DNA from: a virus
Taxonomy: Duplodnaviria; Caudoviricetes
Virus record (IMG/VR): IMGVR_UViG_3300021963_000154
Span: 1 to 56,328 of that record
Direction: 5' to 3' (one strand)
DNA length: 56,328 nt
Shown: piece after piece, positions 9,621-18,664 of the stretch
Layout of the letters: each line of letters opens with the position of its first letter
How positions within the stretch are numbered: position 1 is the first letter of the stretch
Notes under the pieces: model-generated
The model's input: the letters and a program-made list of their open reading frames with translations, nothing else
The model's database searches: none
Told to the model about the DNA's origin: nothing
Position numbers and translations under genes: made by a program

Positions 9621-10250
9621 CTAAGAGTCCACAGCGATAGCTGAGCGGTCGCCAACGCGAGTAACATCCTCAGCCTTGAGAGACTGCATTGCCATGTCGT
9701 ACTTTTGTTGAAATATCTGGCGTGCATCGTCTTTGAGGTAGATCACCGCCTGAAGTAATGCACCAAAGAGCATGGCATTGGGGGCGTTGTTCGTGATCCA
9801 GTTTGTTTGGTTCGTGGACGATAGCGGCTGGAGACGCTGATAAATCAACACCTCAAATGTGTATGCCTGATCAGGGATTGGAGATACATACCAGTTGTCG
9901 TAGTCGTAGTCGCCGTAATACAGCGGCAATCCACTTGGACTCTCATCGTTGTAGTTCGTCAGGTACTCGTACTTGCGCAAGAAAACGGGGTTCTTGATGC
10001 CATCAGAGGTCACTGACATCGATACGGTTTTTCGCCAACGGGCTGGTTTTTGGATGACAGGGTTGCCGACTTCCATCACGCCCTGAGCAACTTCAATCTG
10101 CCCCAAAGTTTTAATTTGCTGAGCAATTTCAAACTCAGCAAGCGTGATAAATGTAGGAATCTGATCGACAACAGCGGCGTCATTACGCTCAAGGTACTGT
10201 TCAATCGTTGATACTAGGCTGTCATAGGTTAGAACAAAGCTCGCGGTCAT
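9621..10250 (-). CDS. Head-tail adaptor/tail tubular A-like protein
   Basis: TYDSLVSTIEQYLER...IPTFITLAE...P.YY...PIPDQAY...TNWITNNAP.LLFGAL, a podoviral adaptor pattern. Confidence 0.7.
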   Translation of the reverse strand: MTASFVLTYDSLVSTIEQYLERNDAAVVDQIPTFITLAEFEIAQQIKTLGQIEVAQGVMEVGNPVIQKPARWRKTVSMSVTSDGIKNPVFLRKYEYLTNYNDESPSGLPLYYGDYDYDNWYVSPIPDQAYTFEVLIYQRLQPLSSTNQTNWITNNAPNAMLFGALLQAVIYLKDDARQIFQQKYDMAMQSLKAEDVTRVGDRSAIAVDS

Positions 10251-10320
10251 GGCGACACCCACAAATTATGTGATTTTGAGTGCGTTTTATCCCAAAGCGC
10301 TTTGTCTGACATTTTACCCT

Positions 10321-10833
10321 CTATCCAAGCATTGTGGTAGCTTTAACTTTAACTGCGGCAACTCGGTTCAGCCAGCCTTTTCCAAAGGTCTCAAACGTGT
10401 TCAGTGACCGATAAAAGTCCTCTTTGGCTTGGCTGAACTTTTCAATCAGCTCAGCCTCTGGAATAGCGTTTACAGCGGCTAAAGTGATTGGTCCAATCCC
10501 GCCATCAGGCGTCACACCCACAGCAGTCTGAAGGACTTTTGCCGAACGACCACAGCCCGCATTGACCGCGAAATCAAAGACGAGGTAGTCAATACCCGAT
10601 TTGAGGTCGTCGCAGCGACATGCGTCCCAGAATTTGCGCTTATATAGCGGTTCGACCATTTCAGGAGTCAGCGAACGCATTTCTTTTTCGTTTGATTCAC
10701 GCCCAACCCATTCTTCCCAGACACGCTTAGTGACACCAAGATTCGTCATGCCGCCGGGGTCGGAAGAATGATTACTGAAGCCCCCTTCTGATGCCAACAT
10801 TTGATTAAATGATTTATCCCAGTTCTCTTTCAT
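10321..10833 (-). CDS. Endolysin, glycoside hydrolase family 108 with C-terminal peptidoglycan-binding domain
   Basis: EGGFSNHSSDPGGMTNLGVT, FDFAVNAG, DGGIGPITL, FGKGWLNR. Confidence 0.92.
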   Translation of the reverse strand: MKENWDKSFNQMLASEGGFSNHSSDPGGMTNLGVTKRVWEEWVGRESNEKEMRSLTPEMVEPLYKRKFWDACRCDDLKSGIDYLVFDFAVNAGCGRSAKVLQTAVGVTPDGGIGPITLAAVNAIPEAELIEKFSQAKEDFYRSLNTFETFGKGWLNRVAAVKVKATTMLG

Positions 10834-11329
10834 GTTCCATCCTATGGCAGTTAGCACACAACAAAATACATTTTGATAGTTCTTCGGCTATTTTATCAAT
10901 GCCGGAATTTGCTATCATCCAAGAGGGGTCACCATCTTTTTTGCCTATATGATGGAAATCATACACAGCCATACTAAAAACTCCACCGCAGCTTTGACAA
11001 CATCCACCAAGAGCATTTACAAGAGATTCTTTGATTGTTCTTTGTCTTGCCTTTTTGTAATGATTGGCACACCGCATCCAGCCGCCTTTATTATTTAACG
11101 GCTTTCCGCAATCAATACAATCTTTCGTTCTTGTTCTAATAGGCCTATCTGAATCTTTTCCTTTTTTGTTACGCAAATAATGTGCGTTGCACAACCCCTT
11201 CGCAACAGCATCATCTTGGCATTTATCAACAAGACAAGTTCCGCGCTTTACGGACAGCTTTTCTACGGCCGCATCAAGACCAGCTTGAATTATCAAAGCT
11301 ATGTCTTGCTTGGCTTTACTTGCTGCCAT
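10814..11329 (-). CDS. HNH endonuclease (Zn-binding) inserted in the lysis cassette
   Basis: C..C..H motifs, LGGCCQSCG...DFHH...KCILLCANCHRMEH; AT-rich. Confidence 0.85.
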   Translation of the reverse strand: MAASKAKQDIALIIQAGLDAAVEKLSVKRGTCLVDKCQDDAVAKGLCNAHYLRNKKGKDSDRPIRTRTKDCIDCGKPLNNKGGWMRCANHYKKARQRTIKESLVNALGGCCQSCGGVFSMAVYDFHHIGKKDGDPSWMIANSGIDKIAEELSKCILLCANCHRMEHERELG

Positions 11330-11744
11330 TTTCGCTTTCCTTGACCTTACGTTTCTCAACCATGTCTGCAACCTTTTCCACAGTTCTGCCGCCGAAGTAG
11401 AAGGACATAATTATGATGCCCCACTGACCAAGCAGTTCGACGTATTGTTTATGCGTGTCCATATCAAACGCCGACATCATTGCAAAGGTGAAGTACCCAC
11501 CCAGAATGATTAGGAGGGTCATAGGCCGAATGTTTTTAGACAGCCAAGAATCAGACGCCATGTCTACCGTATGGCGTTTAGTAAGCTCACCTTGCTCCTG
11601 CATATCGGCTTGCATCTTGGCAAGTTCGCCATTTTGCTGCATCTGCATTAGCTCTAGCTGAGCCTTTGCTTTCTGTTCAGGATCAGGGAAAAACTTGTCT
11701 AGCACCTTCATGCCGATGCCAAGGATATCCATTATCGGTAACAT
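11316..11744 (-). CDS. Holin (GTA-type 3TM holin family-like)
   Basis: LDKFFPDP..KAKAQLEL, DSWLSKNIRP, FYFGGRTVEK; two C-terminal hydrophobic segments; upstream of the endolysin. Confidence 0.8.
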   Translation of the reverse strand: MLPIMDILGIGMKVLDKFFPDPEQKAKAQLELMQMQQNGELAKMQADMQEQGELTKRHTVDMASDSWLSKNIRPMTLLIILGGYFTFAMMSAFDMDTHKQYVELLGQWGIIIMSFYFGGRTVEKVADMVEKRKVKESENGSK

Positions 11745-11745
11745 A

Positions 11746-11832
11746 TTAGAACCTCACGCCTGAAAACCATGCCTTAGTTGCTGTCCACTTGGCGTTACAC
11801 CAAGCCTTTACTGCTTCCCATTTTGCTTTCAT
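11746..11832 (-). CDS. 28-aa cationic amphipathic peptide (below the ORF-track cutoff)
   Basis: MKAKWEAVKAWCNAKWTATKAWFSGVRF*; AAGGAAG RBS, ATGA overlap with the upstream gene, fills the gap exactly. Confidence 0.6.
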   Translation of the reverse strand: MKAKWEAVKAWCNAKWTATKAWFSGVRF

Positions 11833-12179
11833 TTTGCTTCCTTTTTAAAGTTGGATAGCGCCAAGCACAACAACCCTGCAGCAAGACCTGTCACAAGCGC
11901 CTCGGTAAACTCACCACCAAAGTGTGTAGGATGGATCAAATAATCAGCAACAGCAGTCGCAAAGCCCGTCAGACCAGCGATGGTGTACTTGTTGTCCATC
12001 AGGTCTTTGCGTGGCGTAAACGACAGACAAACCATAATCAGCCCTGCAATAGCACCTGTCTGGCAAGCCTTGAGCCAATGCCCTAAAGACAACGCTAGTG
12101 GGTTGCCCTGCACCATCACCATCAAACAAGCTGGCATTGCCTCGCTAAACCTTCTGCAAAATATTTCTAGGCGATTCAT
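11829..12179 (-). CDS. Small multi-pass membrane protein in the lysis region
   Basis: About 4 hydrophobic segments; GGAG RBS and ATGA coupling. Confidence 0.65.
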   Translation of the reverse strand: MNRLEIFCRRFSEAMPACLMVMVQGNPLALSLGHWLKACQTGAIAGLIMVCLSFTPRKDLMDNKYTIAGLTGFATAVADYLIHPTHFGGEFTEALVTGLAAGLLCLALSNFKKEAK

Positions 12180-12862
12180 TTGTCCATCTCCGTAGCGGCT
12201 AATATCATCCGAGTTTTCACGGATATCAAGTCCCGTGGCATGTCTTTGAAGCCAACCGTTATATAACCTGCAAACTTGCCTATTTCGTTTGGAATGGATG
12301 CACGGCAAGCGTACTTAACACCCATTGATCTTGCCCAGTCACCAATTGCGCTAGACGGCATAAAGTCGCTACACGACACTTCATTGTTTAGCATACTAAC
12401 CACAGCCGCGTTCCTGTCTGGGCTGGCTGCAAACAAAGACACCGTGATGCCCTCAAGCTTGTGGTTGCGTTCACCGTTAGCAATAGCGAGGACTGTGGTT
12501 CTGCTGTTTGTGGCAAGGTTTACTTTATTGATAACAATGCCCACAGCGTTTACATCTTTAACCAAACTGTTTGCCAGTGGCAATAACTGATCGTGGTCTT
12601 TGAGTTGGGGCATCGAGTTGTTTGACTGAATCGCAGCCAAGATAACCTGACGACTATCCCAAGCAAAGTATCCTGCAAACGCAATCGTGGACAGCAAAAT
12701 GACGGAAACAAGCTTGAACGGGTTATCCACCCACTTAATCAGATCAAGAATCTTGTCGGTCATATCCCGTGGTGCAGCCTTGGGGGATGCCTTCGATGAA
12801 ACTTTTCTTACTGCCGCTCGCTTCACAGGCGCTCTGGCGACGGTCTTCTTCGCCGTGACCAT
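12176..12862 (-). CDS. Single-TM protein with C-terminal periplasmic domain, T4 gp t holin-like
   Basis: Basic N-terminal tail, one TM (LVSVILLSTIAFAGYFAW), then ~150-aa soluble domain with two Cys (VSC...YACRASIP...FAGYITVGF); same topology as T4 holin T. Confidence 0.55.
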   Translation of the reverse strand: MVTAKKTVARAPVKRAAVRKVSSKASPKAAPRDMTDKILDLIKWVDNPFKLVSVILLSTIAFAGYFAWDSRQVILAAIQSNNSMPQLKDHDQLLPLANSLVKDVNAVGIVINKVNLATNSRTTVLAIANGERNHKLEGITVSLFAASPDRNAAVVSMLNNEVSCSDFMPSSAIGDWARSMGVKYACRASIPNEIGKFAGYITVGFKDMPRDLISVKTRMILAATEMDK

Positions 12863-13116
12863 TACTTATCGACCTTTGAGTCAAGCTTATCGAATAGACG
12901 GTCTAACAGCATTTCAATGCGGTCAAAGCGCTTGTCCATGTCTGCCCGCAGGTTCTCGACCTCAGACTTCTTGACATAGTTCTCGCTCATGTGCAATTCA
13001 AGTCTGCCAATATCGTTCTTGAGCTTTTCTACAGCATCCCACAACTGGCGGCAAAACCACCCGCCAACTGCGAGTAACGCACCTGCACCCAAGTTAATTA
13101 GATATTGCCAGTCCAT
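12862..13116 (-). CDS. N-terminal TM plus coiled-coil protein (XhlA/holin-accessory-like)
   Basis: MDWQYLINLGAGALLAVGGWF followed by heptads ...NYVKKSEV...FDRIEMLLDRL. Confidence 0.65.
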   Translation of the reverse strand: MDWQYLINLGAGALLAVGGWFCRQLWDAVEKLKNDIGRLELHMSENYVKKSEVENLRADMDKRFDRIEMLLDRLFDKLDSKVDK

Positions 13117-13117
13117 A

Positions 13118-13411
13118 TTAGTACCATCTAGAAAGGATGAGCGCGGCTATCACAACCGCTGTGGGAAACAATACATCAAGGACAGCATCAAGCGTCCAAT
13201 ACTTCGGTTTAAACCCCGCATACCACGGCATATTGGCTCGCTTGCCGCCGAAGTCTGTATTGATCGCTTTGTACTCAGCCTGAGCGTGTTCACGACCGAA
13301 GAAGAAACCAACACCAAGCATTGCTCCTGCTAATAGGTTGCCAGTTAGCAGCCAGACTACACCCTGCATAAGCAAGGCGTATCCAGCGTGTTCAAAGTTG
13401 GTGCGGTTCAT
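13118..13411 (-). CDS. Small membrane protein
   Basis: FEHAGYAL...GREHAQAEY...LDVLFP, hydrophobic segments. Confidence 0.65.
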   Translation of the reverse strand: MNRTNFEHAGYALLMQGVVWLLTGNLLAGAMLGVGFFFGREHAQAEYKAINTDFGGKRANMPWYAGFKPKYWTLDAVLDVLFPTAVVIAALILSRWY

Positions 13412-13500
13412 CAGTACCCCTTCATCTGCTCATCCATACCCGCGCAGAGCCAGAAAAAGAATCCGACAATTGCCACGGGTATGAGCAAGAGCCACCACAT
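13411..13500 (-). CDS. 29-aa single-TM peptide (below the ORF-track cutoff)
   Basis: MWWLLLIPVAIVGFFFWLCAGMDEQMKGY*; start and stop overlap both neighbours (TAATG, TGATG). Confidence 0.55.
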   Translation of the reverse strand: MWWLLLIPVAIVGFFFWLCAGMDEQMKGY

Positions 13501-13841
13501 TACGCAGCTTCTTCGGCGGGGGCTTCAACTACTGGCTCAGGCGCAACCCAAGGCAATGGGGTAGGTTGTGGAGTAGGAATAGCCGCCTGTGCAATCAAGG
13601 CATCCACTTCAGCTTCCATCGCTGTTACACGCTCTGCGCCCAATGCGTCTTGCGTCCATTGGATAGCTTCGGCTTGGGTAATGTCTGCGTAGGGGATAAA
13701 GTTTGATGCGTCAGCGGGCAGGAGGTTAACCGAGTAAGTCACCGATTGACCGTCCTCCGAGATGGTGAAGTTGCTCATCACTGCCGTTTCTGGCTCTGGC
13801 GTGTTTAATGTCGACAGAGAATTGATTGTCCATACTTTCAT
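13500..13841 (-). CDS. Tail-fibre-associated small acidic protein
   Basis: W.INSL...FIPYADITQAEAIQW...PLPW, typical of proteins following phage tail fibres. Confidence 0.65.
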   Translation of the reverse strand: MKVWTINSLSTLNTPEPETAVMSNFTISEDGQSVTYSVNLLPADASNFIPYADITQAEAIQWTQDALGAERVTAMEAEVDALIAQAAIPTPQPTPLPWVAPEPVVEAPAEEAA

Positions 13842-14002
13842 AGTTGCACCTGTGGGATTGATTCTTGAGATTTGGCAGACTCATCTGCTTGTTTTTTGAT
13901 TTCTACCATTAGCGGGAAAGCCCCGCTAGATGTTGGAAGCTGTCCAAGCGTTTGCAAAATTGCGTTAACCTGTTCTACTTCTAGTGTAAGAGTGACTTTC
14001 AA
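13838..14002 (-). CDS. 54-aa tail-fibre-associated protein (TTG start)
   Basis: MKVTLTLEVEQVNAILQTLGQLP...EIKKQA; GGAG RBS, ATGA coupling to the next gene. Confidence 0.65.
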   Translation of the reverse strand: MKVTLTLEVEQVNAILQTLGQLPTSSGAFPLMVEIKKQADESAKSQESIPQVQL

Positions 14003-14015
14003 TTAAATCTCCAAG

Positions 14016-16580
14016 TTACGAAATAACGGCTAGTTTACGGACGTTACCTGCGCCGTCCTTGATCTCAATGTACCCTGTGATAGCCACATCAGAGGTCGCT
14101 GTAAGTGTACCGAATCTGACGTTTCCTGTGCCTTTTGGTGTAAGGGCTAGGTCAATGTTGGTGTCTGAGCCTCCCGCAGCAACTTGAACCGCTGCTCCAG
14201 TTGCGCTACCGGAAACAAGTACAGCGTTGACTGCGGAGGCTGTGTTGGATATAACAAATTGATTTCCGCCGCCAGTAAAAAAACTGTGTGGCCCTGTGCC
14301 TTTGGTAGAGTAGAAATTTGTAATGTTTGCGTCACTACCTTGAGCCGATAAAGCAACACCAACGCCCGTAGCCCCACCCGTTACCTGTAAGTAATTAACA
14401 GCGGAGGCTGTGTGGGCTACGACAAATTGGTTTGTTGCCCCAGAGGCTGTTCCAAAATATAATCCGCCAGTACCTTTGCTATACATACCGCCAGATACGT
14501 TTGTATCACTTCCTTGTGACGTAAAATAAGGATAGTTACCAGTAGAGCCGCCCGTTACCTGTAAGTAGTTAACTGCGGAGGCTGTGTGGGCTACACGAAA
14601 CTGCAAACTGCCATAGTTGTTGGAATAGAAATCAGATACGCCATTACCTTTGGTTGTAAAGCCAAGCGAAATATTAGTATCACCACCTGTTGCCGCAGCG
14701 CCAATAGCGTTACCAGCGGTATTGCCTGTGAAGTTCCAAAAATTCACCGCACTCGCAACAGGCGTGACACGCAGGGATTCTGCGCCGGGGGCTGCGCCTA
14801 GGGAGATTGTTCCAACGGAGGCAATGCGCATCCGTTCTACGCCATTGATTATCGTATAAAAAGCACCGCCGAATTGACCGATATTAACGCTATTGGCTAC
14901 GGTATCGCTAAATTGAATGTTGGCATCATAGCCACTTCCGTTTGTCTGAAAACGTGAGATAACATTGCTACCCGCCGTTGTCCCTGTGCCTGTGGTCTGT
15001 ACTGTAAATTGTGCAGGGGCGTTAGTTGTTCCAACCGACAAAGAGCCAGCAAAATAGTTAGCAGCCGTACCCGCAGCGTAAAAATTCCAACGTCCTGTGC
15101 CGCTTGCGATGTTGCCGTAGAAGCCGTAGTTGTTGGTTGCGCCTGTGAGGGATGCGTCAGCAAAGTAGCCGAATTGATTGGTTACGGAAGAACCCGCTCC
15201 AAATGCGTTTTGGAAAGTCCAGTAATGGCGTAAGTTAGATAAAGTAAACGCCGTGGCTTGTGTAGTAGCAACGCTTGTGAAGTAACTAGCTGAAAAAGTT
15301 GTGTCAGATTGAACGGCGGCATCCATAGCTACGCCGTAGGCATTTACTCCACCAGTAATCGTTGCGCCAACTTTTAACTTATAGCCAGTCAATGAACTAG
15401 AACCAATCCCAACCCGCCCTGCGTTATCAATCCTCATCCGCTCAGTCGGACTACTCGCACCATCAGCCGTAGTGGAGAACACCAAGCGACCGGGCATATC
15501 GTTTGTGCCGGGTGTTTCGTCTACGGCTGCAACAATAGTTGCCGCTTGATTGTATGCAGAACCATTAAAGCCATTAAAAATTATGTTACCTAACGCATCA
15601 CCGCTGTTTACGACTGTTCCTGTACCAATTGTGCCGCTACGAGACTTTCCAAAATTTAATCCGCCGGCAAATTGATTTGCGCCAAAATCTCCAATTTGTA
15701 TGCCTTGACCTGATGCGCCGTACACACTTAATGGCTCATTAGCAGAATAAGTATTTACTTGAAGGAAACTTGTATACCCAAAAACTCCCCGACCAGATGA
15801 ATCAATCACCACGGGCGTAGCATCAGGATTAGCACTATCCTCAACGGTCAGAGCGTTACCTGAGCCTACTTGTGTGATGCGCAGACCGTCAGACGAGCTA
15901 TTAGCCGCAATAACAGTCGCACCATCGTCACCAATCGTGACCGCTGAGTTTTGGATAATCTTGCCCGTTGTGCCATCGTAGCGAGCTACAGCGTTATCCG
16001 TAGCGGAGGCAGGGCCGTACACATCGCCCGATGCCGCAGTAGACCAAGACAACACGCCTGAGCCGTCTGTAATCAACGCCTGACCGCTTGTACCGTCATC
16101 TGCAGGTAAGGTAAGGGTGTAGCTAGATGAGAGCGTAGCAGGGGCTTGTAGAGCCACATACTCGCCACCCGTTGAGTCTTGTAGGCGCAGATCACCTTGG
16201 GCTGTAATGTCTACTTGCGTAGCTACTACGGTAGATGGAGTTGTAGCTCCCACCGAGCCGTTTAGAGGACCAGAAAATCCTGTGGCAGTTACAACGCCAG
16301 CAGAGATTGTTGCGCCAGAGTTGTCTTTAATTAACTTGCCAGTTGTGCCATCAAAGCTTGGTATCGCATTAGCAGTTGCCGATGCAGGACCGACCACATC
16401 GCCGCTTGCGCCAGCTTTTGTGGCGATGACTTGTACAACTCCTGAACTGTCTTCGTAGAAGAGCTTGCCGTCGTTGTTGTTCAGCGCTAACTCACCCGGC
16501 TCTAAGTTAGCCGCCGTGGGGACAGCCGCCGCAGTAGTGGAGAGGTAAAGTTTAATTGGGGTAAATCCGCTTTGTGCCAT
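14016..16580 (-). CDS. Tail fibre/receptor-binding protein (854 aa)
   Basis: N-terminal AVPTAANLEPGELALN..DGKLFY fibre anchor, ERMRID..GRVGIG fibre repeats, C-terminal SAVN repeats. Confidence 0.85.
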   Translation of the reverse strand: MAQSGFTPIKLYLSTTAAAVPTAANLEPGELALNNNDGKLFYEDSSGVVQVIATKAGASGDVVGPASATANAIPSFDGTTGKLIKDNSGATISAGVVTATGFSGPLNGSVGATTPSTVVATQVDITAQGDLRLQDSTGGEYVALQAPATLSSSYTLTLPADDGTSGQALITDGSGVLSWSTAASGDVYGPASATDNAVARYDGTTGKIIQNSAVTIGDDGATVIAANSSSDGLRITQVGSGNALTVEDSANPDATPVVIDSSGRGVFGYTSFLQVNTYSANEPLSVYGASGQGIQIGDFGANQFAGGLNFGKSRSGTIGTGTVVNSGDALGNIIFNGFNGSAYNQAATIVAAVDETPGTNDMPGRLVFSTTADGASSPTERMRIDNAGRVGIGSSSLTGYKLKVGATITGGVNAYGVAMDAAVQSDTTFSASYFTSVATTQATAFTLSNLRHYWTFQNAFGAGSSVTNQFGYFADASLTGATNNYGFYGNIASGTGRWNFYAAGTAANYFAGSLSVGTTNAPAQFTVQTTGTGTTAGSNVISRFQTNGSGYDANIQFSDTVANSVNIGQFGGAFYTIINGVERMRIASVGTISLGAAPGAESLRVTPVASAVNFWNFTGNTAGNAIGAAATGGDTNISLGFTTKGNGVSDFYSNNYGSLQFRVAHTASAVNYLQVTGGSTGNYPYFTSQGSDTNVSGGMYSKGTGGLYFGTASGATNQFVVAHTASAVNYLQVTGGATGVGVALSAQGSDANITNFYSTKGTGPHSFFTGGGNQFVISNTASAVNAVLVSGSATGAAVQVAAGGSDTNIDLALTPKGTGNVRFGTLTATSDVAITGYIEIKDGAGNVRKLAVIS
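14377..14594. repeat. 44-bp direct repeat (14377-14420 and 14551-14594) inside the tail fibre gene
   Basis: cccgttacctgtaagta(a/g)ttaac(a/t)gcggaggctgtgtgggctac twice, 174 bp apart, encoding VAHTASAVNYLQVTG. Confidence 0.9.
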
Positions 16581-18301
16581 TAGAATACTCCACCTGAAAT
16601 TCCACCTGTTGCGGTCAATGCGCCCGTAGATGGAATAAATGATAATTTAGTTGATGTGACTTTTTGTGGCAAGTTGCCAGTATTGGCTGTTACCCAAGTC
16701 GGATATACCGCTGTTGCCGTACTTGTATCTTCCGTAATTGCGGTATTTGTTGCGTTTGTTGCAGTCGTTGCCGACCCAACAGCCAATGTTGACTGAGCTA
16801 CATATTGAGGGATTGTGGCTCCTGCAACCAACACATAGCCATTTGTGCCAATGCCTAAGTATGCACTTGCGCCTACCGCAGACTGGTAAACCAAAGAGCC
16901 TGTAGCTCCTCCAGTTAGTGTCGTTGCGTTTGTTGCGTTTGTGATCGTTGTTGATCCGATCGCTGTTGCAATTTGCGATCCTGTCGCCGCAGAGAGCGCT
17001 GTTCCATTGCCGTACACCACACCCGTCACATTAGTGGATAGCGTAATCGCTGGGGTCGTAGTCGGATTAGAGACTGTGCCTAAAAACCCGTTTCCTGCAG
17101 AGACGGATACCGAAGTAACTGAGCCGACAGAGCCATTAGAGGCAGCCGTAATGCGCCCTTGCTGATCAACAGTAATGTTTGCCGCCGTATAACTATTTGG
17201 CGAAACCGCAGTATCAGCGAGTGCAATAGTGACTGGCGTTGAGCCTGTGTAGCTTGAACCGCTTAGCCCTGTGCCAATTGTCAGCGCGTTAGGATTAGTT
17301 GCTGTAATTGTTCCAGAACCACCGAGAGATACAGAAGTGCCATTGATTGTGATTGCGCTATTCGCTAATTGAGCATTAGAAATAGTTCCAGACAAATCCG
17401 TGGTTGGAATTGTAGTGGACGCTGTAGAAGCCGATGCGCCATTACTATATAAATATCCTGTAAGCGCCGAAGCGCCTGTACCGCCGCTGGTGCTATTCAA
17501 TAAACCAGAGAGCGTCACAACGCCAGATGTAGGAGAACTTGGGGAGAATCCAGTTGACCCTGCACTAAATGACAATACTCCGCCTGTTAGCGAAAACTCA
17601 CGCCACAATCCTCCAGCAAACCCTTCGTAAGCTACAGACTGACTGTTATATCGAATCTCGCCGTCAGTGCCGACACTTCGTTGCGCGGTCGTACCAACTG
17701 GGATCACTATACCTGCGTTGCCCGGCACAATCGGATTATCCGCCAATCCGATCGTTGGGTTGCCGCCTGCGCCGTTACCATTAGAAATAGTGATCTCATT
17801 TGGGTCACCAATCAGAGTCAATGGCGATAATGTTGATCCATTCAGACCAACTAACCCTGTGCCACTCATGTTAGCAATTGCTAATGCTAAACCTGTTAGC
17901 TGGAATGTTGGGTTACCTGATACGCCATCGCCGTTTGTGACACTAATGCCATTGCCGCTTGTGCTAAGTGTTCGTGATGAAATCGTATTTGGCGCCGATT
18001 TAACAATCACGCCAGTAGAAGCGCCTTCCAGTGAAGCGGATGTTCCATTCAAAGCGATTATGTACGCACCCTGCGCACCGCCGTCAGTAATGCCAAGACC
18101 TGTGCCAGTCGAGAAGTATCGGCTGTTAGGCAAGCCAGTCTGCAAACCAACGGTCAGGAATGTCTGTGTAAGCGATGGGCTGGAAGTGATTGCGGAGACG
18201 GTTGTCTGAACCGTCAATCCGTTTTGAACAATCGGGACTAACTCAGCGCCAGTGATCGGGCTTTGTGCGGTTGGTAGCGCGGTTATCCGAACGTCTGCCA
18301 T
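16580..18301 (-). CDS. Tail fibre/structural protein (573 aa)
   Basis: MADVRITALP..ITGAELVPIVQNG N-terminus; IPVGTTAQR...IRYN, ITVDQQGRITAAS, GSVTSV fibre motifs. Confidence 0.8.
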   Translation of the reverse strand: MADVRITALPTAQSPITGAELVPIVQNGLTVQTTVSAITSSPSLTQTFLTVGLQTGLPNSRYFSTGTGLGITDGGAQGAYIIALNGTSASLEGASTGVIVKSAPNTISSRTLSTSGNGISVTNGDGVSGNPTFQLTGLALAIANMSGTGLVGLNGSTLSPLTLIGDPNEITISNGNGAGGNPTIGLADNPIVPGNAGIVIPVGTTAQRSVGTDGEIRYNSQSVAYEGFAGGLWREFSLTGGVLSFSAGSTGFSPSSPTSGVVTLSGLLNSTSGGTGASALTGYLYSNGASASTASTTIPTTDLSGTISNAQLANSAITINGTSVSLGGSGTITATNPNALTIGTGLSGSSYTGSTPVTIALADTAVSPNSYTAANITVDQQGRITAASNGSVGSVTSVSVSAGNGFLGTVSNPTTTPAITLSTNVTGVVYGNGTALSAATGSQIATAIGSTTITNATNATTLTGGATGSLVYQSAVGASAYLGIGTNGYVLVAGATIPQYVAQSTLAVGSATTATNATNTAITEDTSTATAVYPTWVTANTGNLPQKVTSTKLSFIPSTGALTATGGISGGVF

Positions 18302-18310
18302 ATTTAATCT

Positions 18311-18652
18311 CTACGGTGAAAGCACATCAAGGTTGCCGTCATTTGGTGTATTAGCCTGCTCAGTCGCAATGCCAATATCGTTTTGGTTTTGGATTCCCGG
18401 ATCAGTGATGATGTTGTCGTGATTCTCAGCAACATCGGTGTCTGGGCGGGGAAACCGCAAACTAATCTTTTCAGGCTGCCTTGCTGGTAACCTATATGGG
18501 TCAAACTCATCAGAACAACTCTCGCTACAGACCTTGATTGCGGGGATGTTTCCATCGGGTCGCATATCGCTGTAAGGTCTTTTCATCTTACATCTGTCAC
18601 AGATGAAGATGCTTAGCGTGCTGTTGCCAATTGTATCAAGGAAGCGAGGCAT
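18311..18652 (-). CDS. Small Cys-containing virion-module protein
   Basis: ICDRC...VCSESC.D..P...PRPD. Confidence 0.65.
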   Translation of the reverse strand: MPRFLDTIGNSTLSIFICDRCKMKRPYSDMRPDGNIPAIKVCSESCSDEFDPYRLPARQPEKISLRFPRPDTDVAENHDNIITDPGIQNQNDIGIATEQANTPNDGNLDVLSP

Positions 18653-18664
18653 TTTATACCCCCT

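Noticed and set aside
14016-18301. Diversity-generating retroelement or invertible tail-fibre system
   Set aside because: No reverse transcriptase or invertase gene; the repeats are in-frame duplications
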